11,788 bases of DNA, taken from contig JACRKZ010000151.1 of the NCBI GenBank assembly GCA_016235455.1, positions 1 through 11,788 of the forward strand. The letters are read 5' to 3'. This document shows, piece by piece, positions 1 to 6,532 of the stretch (its first letter is position 1; each line of letters opens with the position of its first letter). The notes under the pieces are model-generated. The model was given only the letters and a program-made list of their open reading frames with translations, was not told the origin of the DNA and did no database searches. Position numbers and translations under genes: made by a program. The stretch comes from Armatimonadota bacterium (GTDB lineage: Bacteria > Armatimonadota > UBA10988).

Positions 1-1888
1 CCAGGCGATAGGGCGGCGCCGTGGCCGTCGCCTCGCCCAGCGCGACCTTGGTGACGGATTGGCCGGGGAAGAGCGCGCCGCCGTCCAGGCTCAGCCGGGC
101 ACCGAGCGGCACGCGCTGCCGGGCGAGCTGCGGGTCGAGGGTCAGCCGGCCGGCGGGCAGGGCGGCCGGCGGATCGAGAATGCGCAGCGCCGAGGCCGCG
201 TCGAGTTGCGGCACGGCCACGGGCAGCTCGGTCCGCGTCTCGTTGCCGAAGCGGTCGACCGCGGTCAGATGCAGCCGGTGGGCCCCGGCGGTGAGCCGGC
301 CCAGGTCGACCTCCACCCGTCCGCCGGTGCCCGGCGCGGCGAGGACGGGGCCGTCGTCGAGTTGCGCGCCGACTCGTGGCGGGCCGCTGCCGTCGGCGGA
401 GCGGATCAGGCTCCAGGCCAGGTTGCCGTCGATGCGCAAGGCCGGCGCCTGAAGCTCCGGCGGGCGCAGTTCGACGTTGTAGTCGGTCTGCGCCAGCGCG
501 GCCTCCACGGCGAACTTGGGCCGCATGGAGCGCAGCACCTCGGCCACCTTCTCGGAGCGGTCGGCGACATGCCAGGCATAGGCCTCAGCCAGCGGCCACT
601 TGGGCGTGTCGGGCTGCATGGCTCGCAGCTTGCCGTAGACCCGCGCCGCGGCGGCCGGCACCTTGCGGTCCAGGTAGGCCTGGGCCAACTGCGCCTGCAA
701 GGCTGCGTCGTCCGGCCGCGCCTCGGCGGCGGAGGCGGTGGCCGCCACTTCGGCATAGACCTGCCACCTGGCCTGGTAGCCGGCGAGATAGCTGTTGCGG
801 GGCAGCCGCGCGCAGAGCCCGGAGAGCAGCCGCCAGCCGGTTACCACATCGCCGTCGGCCATGGCCTGCTCGGCCTTGGTCAACTGACCCACATCGTCCG
901 CGCCGAGCGCGGCGCGTTCCAGCCGGTCATAGACGGCGCGGTACTTGCCACGCAGAGTCTCGTCGGCATAGCCCCAGGCGCGGCGTACCACGCGCAGGGC
1001 ATCGCCGCGCTGACCGTCGCGTTCGAACGTGGCGGCGTCGGCGAACAGGTTGGCGGCGGCCTCGCGCATGTCCACACGGGCGTAGCTGCTGACCAGCCGT
1101 CGCGCGGACAGGTCGCCCGGCTGGATCTCGATGATGTTGTCGAGCGCCAGGCGCGCGGCCGACCATCGGCGCTCCGCCTTGGCCTGGCGGTAGTCGTTCC
1201 AGGCGTTGAGCATGCGGTCGTACTCAGCCTTGCGCGGCCCGGCCAGGCCGAAGGCCTCGAAGAAGGCATCTTCGACGCGTTCGATGCCGACCAGGCGGAT
1301 CTCCTCGCACAGCCCGATATCGAGCGTGGCCGGGTCGACGCCGTCAGCGGCCGGCAGGCAGAGCGTGCGCATGGTGGCCTGGCGGCAGGCCTTGACCTTG
1401 AGCGCCAGGCCGGCCACGGCCTTGACGCGGCCGGTGTTGTCCACCGCGCCGGTGAAGGCCACGTCGCCCAGCACGGGCAGGTCGACCATGGCGGCATAGC
1501 CGCCGATCGCGAAGGCCAGCCCCGCCGAGGGCCCGCCGCGCGGCTGGTCCACGTCTTCCCACATGAAGAACAGGTCGTGCTTGCGGTAGCCCTCGATGAA
1601 ACCGGGGCACTTGTCGGGCGCCGAGCGCAGGAAGTCGACCGCGTCGCGCAGGCTGTTGGCGATGGTGTATTCGGTCAGGTTGCCGTCTATCTGATAGAGG
1701 TTGCCGCCCGGCTTGCTGATGACGATCAGCGGCTCCACCCAGGAGACCCCCAGTTCGGGCACGACCCACAGCGTGTTGACGCGCACGCGCGGCAGCGGCC
1801 CGGGCGGCTCGGGCCCCAGCTTGGGGGCGGCATCCACGGCGGGCGCCACAAGCGTCCACAACAAGGCCAGCAGAAATGGTGCATGCAT
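1..1888 (-). CDS. Exported Lon-type (peptidase S16) serine protease without AAA+ module: signal peptide + Lon_C-like domain + TPR-like helical region + Ig-like repeats; 3'-truncated by window edge (at least 629 codons)
   Basis: Not in the ORF track (no stop inside the window); translated by hand from ATG 1888 (TTG 1894 is an alternative; in-frame TAA at 1903-1901 limits upstream extension). Starts MHAPFLLALLWTLVAPAVDAAPK (hydrophobic core, VDA-A cleavage-like site). Contains DQPRGGPSAGLAFAIGGYAAMVDLPVLGDVAFTGAVDNTGRVKAVAGLALKVKAC, matching the Lon proteolytic motifs GPSAG...TG.V...G.V..V.G...K. Ser121 (1528-1526) and Lys164 (1399-1397) are 43 residues apart, as are E. coli Lon Ser679/Lys722. 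Followed by Ala-rich helical segments (RPDDAALQAQLAQAYLDRKVPAAAARVYGKLRAMQPD) and an Ig-like strand pattern (LTAGAHRLHLTAVDRFGN, ATAPPY). Third positions are strongly G/C on this strand. Confidence 0.88.
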   Translation of the reverse strand, partial: MHAPFLLALLWTLVAPAVDAAPKLGPEPPGPLPRVRVNTLWVVPELGVSWVEPLIVISKPGGNLYQIDGNLTEYTIANSLRDAVDFLRSAPDKCPGFIEGYRKHDLFFMWEDVDQPRGGPSAGLAFAIGGYAAMVDLPVLGDVAFTGAVDNTGRVKAVAGLALKVKACRQATMRTLCLPAADGVDPATLDIGLCEEIRLVGIERVEDAFFEAFGLAGPRKAEYDRMLNAWNDYRQAKAERRWSAARLALDNIIEIQPGDLSARRLVSSYARVDMREAAANLFADAATFERDGQRGDALRVVRRAWGYADETLRGKYRAVYDRLERAALGADDVGQLTKAEQAMADGDVVTGWRLLSGLCARLPRNSYLAGYQARWQVYAEVAATASAAEARPDDAALQAQLAQAYLDRKVPAAAARVYGKLRAMQPDTPKWPLAEAYAWHVADRSEKVAEVLRSMRPKFAVEAALAQTDYNVELRPPELQAPALRIDGNLAWSLIRSADGSGPPRVGAQLDDGPVLAAPGTGGRVEVDLGRLTAGAHRLHLTAVDRFGNETRTELPVAVPQLDAASALRILDPPAALPAGRLTLDPQLARQRVPLGARLSLDGGALFPGQSVTKVALGEATATAPPYRL

Positions 1889-1899
1889 GATCAAGTGAC

Positions 1900-1905
1900 A
1901 TTATA
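1900..1905 (-). promoter_or_regulatory. Sigma70-type -10 hexamer TATAAT for the S16 protease gene (short-leader or leaderless transcript)
   Basis: + strand ATTATA at 1900-1905 reads TATAAT on the minus strand, 5 nt before TTG 1894 and 11 nt before ATG 1888. No Shine-Dalgarno in between and no recognisable -35. A perfect consensus is rare in such GC-rich DNA. Confidence 0.6.
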
Positions 1906-1907
1906 CT
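1902..1907 (+). promoter_or_regulatory. Possible -10 hexamer TATACT for dgoD, overlapping the opposite-strand TATAAT
   Basis: TATACT at 1902-1907, about 95 nt upstream of the dgoD GTG; no clear -35. Confidence 0.35.
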
Positions 1908-1958
1908 CGGCCCGAGGTTGGCCGGTGCCGGAGTCCCAACCGGCAAACCGGCGCAGGA

Positions 1959-1979
1959 ATTGGCGCGCGTGCTGCCAAT
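1959..1979. promoter_or_regulatory. Inverted repeat ATTGGC-N9-GCCAAT upstream of dgoD (operator candidate; also fits sigma54 GG-N10-GC spacing)
   Basis: ATTGGC at 1959-1964 and GCCAAT at 1974-1979. On + it reads TTGGCGCG-CGTG-CTGC, with GG at 1962-63 and GC at 1974-75. Confidence 0.3.
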
Positions 1980-2002
1980 CGGCCCACTGTGAGGTCAGAG
2001 CC

Positions 2003-3124
2003 GTGAAGATCACCAACGTCACCTGCCAACTCATCCCGCCGCGCTGGAGCCTGGTGCGCATCGAGACGGACGAAGGCATCGTCGGCTACGGCGAGCCGAC
2101 GCTGGAGGGCCATGCCCGCACCGCCATCACCTGCGTGCGCGAGAACGCGCCGCTGCTCATCGGCCAGGACCCGTGCCGCATCGAGCATCTGTGGCAGTCG
2201 CTCTACCGCGGCTCCTTCTATCGGGGCGGCCCGATCCTGTGCAGCGCGCTGAGCGGCATCGAGCAGGCGCTGTGGGACATCCTCGGCAAGTTCCACGGCG
2301 TGCCGGTCTATCAACTGCTCGGCGGCGCCTGCCGCGACCGCATCCGCATGTACCGGGGAGTCGGCGGCAGCACACCCGAGGCGGCGGCCGCCGCCGCGCT
2401 GGCCGTCAAGGAGCAGGGCTTTGACTGCCTCAAGACCGGCGCCGCCGATGCTGGCGTGCGGTTGGTCGACACGCCGCGGGTGGTCGATGACGCCGTGGAG
2501 CGCATCGCGGCCATGCGCGAGGCTGTAGGACGCGATTTCGACATCGCCATCGACTGCCACGGTCGGTTCTCGCCGGCCATGGCGCTGCGCTTCTGTGACG
2601 CCGTGGTCGACCTGGCGCCGATGTTCGTCGAGGAGCCCATTCTGCCCGAGAACATCGACGCCTTGGCGCGGCTGACCCGCAAGGCCCGTGTGCCCATCGC
2701 CACGGGCGAGCGGCTGTTCACCAAATGGTCATTCCGCGAGGTGCTGGAGAAGTGCGACCTGGCCGTCGTGCAGCCCGACCTGTCGCACGCTGGCGGCATC
2801 AGCGAGTGCAAGAAGATCGCCGCGCTGGCCGAGTCGTGGTACGCCGCGCTGGCCCCGCACTGCCCGCTGGGCCCGGTGGCGCTGGCGGCCAGCCTGCAGG
2901 TCGATGCCTGCTGCCCGAACTTCCTGGTGCAGGAGCACACGGCCGACGCACTGGGCCGCGGCTATCTCAAGCAGCCGCTGGTCATCGAGAACGGTCACAT
3001 CGCCCTGCCCACCGGACCCGGTCTGGGCATCGAACTGGACGAAGAGGCCATCGCCGCCATGCCCGAGCACGACTGGTTGACGCCTCAATTGCGGCACGCC
3101 GACGGCAGCGTCGCGGATTGGTAG
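2003..3124 (+). CDS. dgoD: Galactonate dehydratase (mandelate racemase/enolase superfamily), 373 aa
   Basis: True start is GTG 2003 (GAGGT RBS at 1991-1995), not 59. MKITNVTCQLIPPRWSLVRIETDEGIVGYGEP...YRGSFYRGGPILCSALSGIEQALWDILGK closely follows the E. coli DgoD N-terminus. Metal/catalytic motifs DCHGR, FVEEP, TGER and PHCP are present, as is the typical C-terminus DW.TP.LRH.DGSVADW. Exact substrate is inferred. Confidence 0.9.
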   Translation: MKITNVTCQLIPPRWSLVRIETDEGIVGYGEPTLEGHARTAITCVRENAPLLIGQDPCRIEHLWQSLYRGSFYRGGPILCSALSGIEQALWDILGKFHGVPVYQLLGGACRDRIRMYRGVGGSTPEAAAAAALAVKEQGFDCLKTGAADAGVRLVDTPRVVDDAVERIAAMREAVGRDFDIAIDCHGRFSPAMALRFCDAVVDLAPMFVEEPILPENIDALARLTRKARVPIATGERLFTKWSFREVLEKCDLAVVQPDLSHAGGISECKKIAALAESWYAALAPHCPLGPVALAASLQVDACCPNFLVQEHTADALGRGYLKQPLVIENGHIALPTGPGLGIELDEEAIAAMPEHDWLTPQLRHADGSVADW

Positions 3125-3132
3125 GAGGTTCC

Positions 3133-3435
3133 ATGGCACGCAAGAAGCCCAAGGGTGCGCTGTTCGAGTGGGAAGAGGCGATGGTCACCGCCTACTACGA
3201 CGAGCGTTGCCACGAGGTGCTCGACCCGCTGTACGAGAAGTTCACCGCCTGGCACGCCGGCGAGGTGACGCACGCCGACCTGGACGCCGCGATCCACTTC
3301 GTGCACCGCGAGATGCAGAAGATCTACGGGCTGTTCGCGCGCCCCAGGTCGCAGGTGGCCGTCGACGTCGTCGCCGACCGCGGCTGGTATGAGCGCTGGC
3401 TCGCCGCACATCCGCTGCCCGACGACGAGGAGTAA
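3133..3435 (+). CDS. Hypothetical protein, 100 aa, helical and acidic/aromatic
   Basis: ATG 3133 with a strong AGGAGG RBS (3123-3128) overlapping the dgoD stop; GC3-rich codons; MARKKPKGALFEWEEAMVTAYYDERCHEVLDPLYEKFTAWHAGEVTHADLDAAIHFVH...; ends TAA 3435. The ORF-track extension to 2725 is out-of-frame overlap with dgoD. Confidence 0.8.
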   Translation: MARKKPKGALFEWEEAMVTAYYDERCHEVLDPLYEKFTAWHAGEVTHADLDAAIHFVHREMQKIYGLFARPRSQVAVDVVADRGWYERWLAAHPLPDDEE

Positions 3436-3486
3436 CCACGCGCACGACGGACCGCACTCGGGATCTTGGCTCGCGCGAGTCGGAAC

Positions 3487-3541
3487 GTTTGCGCGGCGTC
3501 AGGGCGAACGGTCAGCGCCGCGCGAACCACAGCGCCGCGCA
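3487..3541 (+). repeat. Intergenic inverted repeat with duplicated 3' arm (two mutually exclusive hairpins)
   Basis: GTTTGCGCGGCG (3487-3498) pairs with CGCCGCGCGAAC (3516-3527, one G-U). CAGCGCCGCGC is directly repeated at 3513-3523 and 3530-3540, so TGCGCGGCG (3490-3498) also pairs perfectly with CGCCGCGCA (3533-3541). Confidence 0.45.
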
Positions 3542-3581
3542 CGGCGTCACAGTGTCACGATTGAGCGATACGAGGACAACA

Positions 3582-4010
3582 ATGAGCGAGGAAGTCAGCC
3601 GCCGCGGATTCCTGAGCGAGGGTGCCGGACTGGGCGCCCTGGCCGCCGGCCTGCTGCTGGGCGAGCGTCAAGCCGCAGCCGCGGGTGAGGCGCAGGTGGT
3701 GGCCTTGTCATTCAGTGAACACAAGGATCTGGCCAAAGTAGGGGGTTCGGCGCAGGCTACGCTGCCGGATAAGGCCAAGACCGAAATCATCGTGGCCCAC
3801 CCCGAGACCGACAGGTTCGTCTGCTGCCAGGGCCGTTGCACCCATGCCAACGGCGTGCTTGCCTATGATGCCAAGCTCAAGAAGTTCGTCTGCCCCGACC
3901 ATGGCAGCCGCTTCGAACTGGATGGCGCCGTGGCCAACGGCCCGGCCAAGAAACCGCTGCGCAGCTTCGATGCGGATCAGGCGGTAGTGGTGCGGGGTGA
4001 CAAAACGTGA
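3582..4010 (+). CDS. Tat-exported Rieske [2Fe-2S] protein, 142 aa
   Basis: ATG 3582 with GAGGA RBS; twin-arginine motif SRRGFL, hydrophobic stretch and AAA-type cleavage region; Rieske ligand boxes CTH (3837-3845) and CPDHGSRF (from 3891), followed by GPA..PL. Confidence 0.88.
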   Translation: MSEEVSRRGFLSEGAGLGALAAGLLLGERQAAAAGEAQVVALSFSEHKDLAKVGGSAQATLPDKAKTEIIVAHPETDRFVCCQGRCTHANGVLAYDAKLKKFVCPDHGSRFELDGAVANGPAKKPLRSFDADQAVVVRGDKT

Positions 4011-4088
4011 TCGCTGAAAGGAATCGGCAGGGCCGCCGCCGAACCTAGCGCAAGTGATTCCATAGCCCTGTTGTGCGGGAGGCGGGCC

Positions 4089-4793
4089 ATGAGTCGTGCG
4101 CGTATTCTGGTCGTAGACGACGAAGCCAGTACTCGGGACTTGATGTCGCGGATTCTGACTGAAGCCGGCTACGAAGTGATGGACACTTTCAACGCCGAGG
4201 AGGCGGTGGCGCTGCTGCATCGTGAGTCCTTTGATCTTGTTACGCTCGACGTGATGATGCCCCATGTTGACGGCTTCGAGTGTTGCCGACGCGTCCGTCA
4301 GTTCTCCAATGTGCCCATCGTGTTCGTGACCGCGCGGGGCGAGAGCTACAACGAGGTCCTCGGCCTCGAGAGCGGCGCGGACGACTATATCCAGAAGCCG
4401 TACCACCCCGAAGCGGTGGTCAGTCGGGTCAAGGCCTTGCTGCGGCGCGTGGCGCAGCGTGGCGCGCCGGAGAGCGCGGGCACGCGCATCGGGCCGCTCA
4501 CGCTCGATCTGCGTGGCCAGGAGGCCTTCATCAAGGGGCAGTCGCTGGGTCTGACCAGCAAGGAGTTCGAACTGCTCCATATCCTCTCGGAGAACATCGG
4601 CACCATCGTGCCGCGCGAGCGGCTGGCGTCGTTGGTGTGGGGCAGTGAGCTGGACCTGGAGAGCCGCACGCTGGACGTGCACATCTACCGGCTGCGCAAG
4701 AAGCTCGACGCAGTCTCCAACCTGGGCCAGTACATCATCACCAAACGGCAGCGGGGCTATCTGATGAGTCCCGGCATCCGCCAGGCCGAGTAG
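4089..4793 (+). CDS. OmpR/PhoB-family DNA-binding response regulator, 234 aa
   Basis: ATG 4089 after GGGAGG. Receiver motifs RILVVDDE, LDVMMP (phospho-Asp), VTAR and GADDYIQKP; winged-helix motifs LTSKEFELL, SRTLDVHIYRLRKKL and RQRGY. Confidence 0.95.
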   Translation: MSRARILVVDDEASTRDLMSRILTEAGYEVMDTFNAEEAVALLHRESFDLVTLDVMMPHVDGFECCRRVRQFSNVPIVFVTARGESYNEVLGLESGADDYIQKPYHPEAVVSRVKALLRRVAQRGAPESAGTRIGPLTLDLRGQEAFIKGQSLGLTSKEFELLHILSENIGTIVPRERLASLVWGSELDLESRTLDVHIYRLRKKLDAVSNLGQYIITKRQRGYLMSPGIRQAE

Positions 4794-4809
4794 CCAGATA
4801 CCGTTGGTC

Positions 4810-4834
4810 GGGGCGATCCATGGCGGGTCGCCCT
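4810..4834. terminator. GC-rich hairpin between convergent genes (possible bidirectional terminator or REP-like element)
   Basis: GGGCGATCC (4811-4819) / loop ATGGC / GGGTCGCCC (4825-4833): 9-bp stem with one G-U, lying between the stops at 4793 and 4848. No U-tract on either side. Confidence 0.4.
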
Positions 4835-4847
4835 GTCGCGGACCGGC

Positions 4848-6467
4848 CTACTTGAGGTATTCCGCCGACAGCACCACACCGCAGCCGGGGGCAAAGGCTG
4901 CGCCGGTGGCGTCGAGCGTGAGCGCGAACACCCCGAAGCGTACGATGGGCCGCGTCTGGCCATCGGCGCCGCGCTGCTGCGTGCCGGTCGGCACCGCCGC
5001 GCCCAGCACCGCCTCAAACCGGCCTACCGGCGCTGTCGGCTGGTAGCCGCGCAGTTCCGCCATATCCACCGTGGCCAGACGCTGGGCCAGCGGTTGCCAG
5101 ACGGTGGGCACCAGGTCGGGCCGACCCAGCCAGATAGCCGATAGTGCCGCCGACAGGCCGGCCGCGCCTTGCTTGGTCGCCAGTTCCTCGACGTCGCGCA
5201 TGCGCCGATACTCATGGTCGAGCACGACGACCGCCGCGCCTGGCTGCACCGTGAAGAGCTGTGCCGTGGGTGCCAGCGCGGCCTGCGCCGAGGCGACCAG
5301 CGCATAGGCATCGGGCTTGGGGCCAGCGTTGGTGGCCGAGCCCGGCGAGGTGGCGGCGGTGCCTGGTGGGGTGGCCACGACCTGTGGCGTCGGCGGTTTG
5401 ACCGGCGGCCGAGGCGGCGAGGTGGGGGATGGCGTGGCTGGTCGCGGCGGCATGGCGGCCGGCGGCAGGCTGGGATCGCCCGGTCCGGGCGGCGCCGGCG
5501 GGCCCAGCGTGCGCGGCCGCACCGGCGGGTAAGGGCCGATGGTGCGTTGGTCGCCGGGCAGATACCAGTAGAGCTTGCCATCCTCATAGGCCACGGCCAC
5601 GGCGCCAAAGACCGTGGAGATGGCCGCATCCATGGGTCGCGCGGCATCACGGCGTAGCGTGTTGGCTTCGCGCAACCGGCCGGAATCGACGCTCAGCCGG
5701 CACAGGCGCCCGGCGTCGGCGACGAACAGGCTGCCACCGTCGCTGGACAGGTCGAACGCCGGCGTGGCCGGCACGCCAGACAGGGTCAGCCGGCGCGCCA
5801 CGCCTCCGATGCTGGGCAGCACGGCCACCTGCGAGTCGCCGGCGGCGACCAGCCAGCGGGCGTCGCGCGTGAAGCGCAGCGAGGGCGGCGCGGTGGCGCT
5901 CAGCGGCAGATCGTAGCGCACGAGTTCGCGCCCGCGCGAGGCGCCGAGGTAGAGGCAGTCGGCCGAAGCCACGGCCAGGTAGAGGTCCAACGCGGAGACG
6001 GCCACGCTGAGGTCGAGGTCGGTGGCCGGCAGGCGCGGCGCGGCCAGGAGGCGTTCGCCGCCCAGGAATCCACCCACCTCGCGCACGCACCCGCCGCCGG
6101 GCAGTGCCACAAACAAGCTGCGCCCATCGCCGGCGAAGGCCAGGCCGGCGCTCTGCGCCACCGCCGCGTCGGGTGCAGCCGTCACCGTGTCGGAGGCATA
6201 GTCCCAGACGACCACGCTGTCGGCGCCGCCGCGGCGCAGGTGGACCGCCACGCGCGCAGCGTCGGGCGCCGCGGCGAAGCTCAGTACGCCGCTGCCAAAC
6301 TCGCGGCGAGCGAGGATCTCGCTGGGCCGGCCAAACACCTGGAAGGTACCGTCCGGCTGCCGCCAGACGGTGTCGCGACCGCCGTTGGCCACGGCCAGCC
6401 AGCCGCCCACGGCGGACACGGGCGACACTAGCGCGAAGAGCAGCAGACACAGAGCGACGCGGCGCAA
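4848..6467 (-). CDS. Secreted WD40/YVTN-like beta-propeller protein with Pro/Thr-rich linker and uncharacterised C-terminal domain, 539 aa
   Basis: Likely start TTG 6467 (GGAGAGG just upstream), giving the signal peptide MRRVALCLLLFALVSPVSA. Repeated blade-like motifs FAAAPDAARVAV, LAFAGDGRSLFV, LRFTRDARWLVA, FDLSSDGGSLFV and VAVAYEDGKLYW. Linker PPAPPGPGDPSLPPAAMPPRPATPSPTSPPRPPVKPPTP at about 5320-5540. The ORF-track extension to 7181 is antisense to the sigma gene. Confidence 0.75.
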   Translation of the reverse strand: MRRVALCLLLFALVSPVSAVGGWLAVANGGRDTVWRQPDGTFQVFGRPSEILARREFGSGVLSFAAAPDAARVAVHLRRGGADSVVVWDYASDTVTAAPDAAVAQSAGLAFAGDGRSLFVALPGGGCVREVGGFLGGERLLAAPRLPATDLDLSVAVSALDLYLAVASADCLYLGASRGRELVRYDLPLSATAPPSLRFTRDARWLVAAGDSQVAVLPSIGGVARRLTLSGVPATPAFDLSSDGGSLFVADAGRLCRLSVDSGRLREANTLRRDAARPMDAAISTVFGAVAVAYEDGKLYWYLPGDQRTIGPYPPVRPRTLGPPAPPGPGDPSLPPAAMPPRPATPSPTSPPRPPVKPPTPQVVATPPGTAATSPGSATNAGPKPDAYALVASAQAALAPTAQLFTVQPGAAVVVLDHEYRRMRDVEELATKQGAAGLSAALSAIWLGRPDLVPTVWQPLAQRLATVDMAELRGYQPTAPVGRFEAVLGAAVPTGTQQRGADGQTRPIVRFGVFALTLDATGAAFAPGCGVVLSAEYLK

Positions 6468-6487
6468 GGGCCTCTCCGATTGGCGCA

Positions 6488-6496
6488 AGTATAGCA
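6488..6496 (-). promoter_or_regulatory. Extended -10 promoter TGnTATACT for the beta-propeller gene
   Basis: + strand AGTATAGCA reads TG-C-TATACT on minus. The predicted start near 6481 leaves a short leader containing GGAGAGG before TTG 6467. Confidence 0.55.
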
Positions 6497-6532
6497 CGCG
6501 ACGATAGGGTGCAGGAGCCGCCGGGGAAAGGG

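Noticed and set aside
1940-1980. GGCAAACC resembling the start of a c-di-GMP-I riboswitch
   Set aside because: No GNRA-capped stem followed by the conserved ACGCAAA segment.
59-2002. Apparent 1021-aa fusion ORF (59..3124 +) adding about 650 aa to DgoD
   Set aside because: The extension is the codon-for-codon antisense shadow of the minus-strand S16 protease gene and has the typical G/H/Q/V/R-rich shadow composition. DgoD homology and an RBS begin at GTG 2003.
3708-4682. 324-aa minus-strand ORF over the Rieske and response regulator genes
   Set aside because: In-register antisense shadow of two well-supported genes, with no recognisable motifs.
5320-5540. GGC/GGT-rich low-complexity stretch as a possible DNA repeat or array
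   Set aside because: Explained by the Pro/Thr/Ala linker codons of the minus-strand gene; no fixed repeat unit or spacers.
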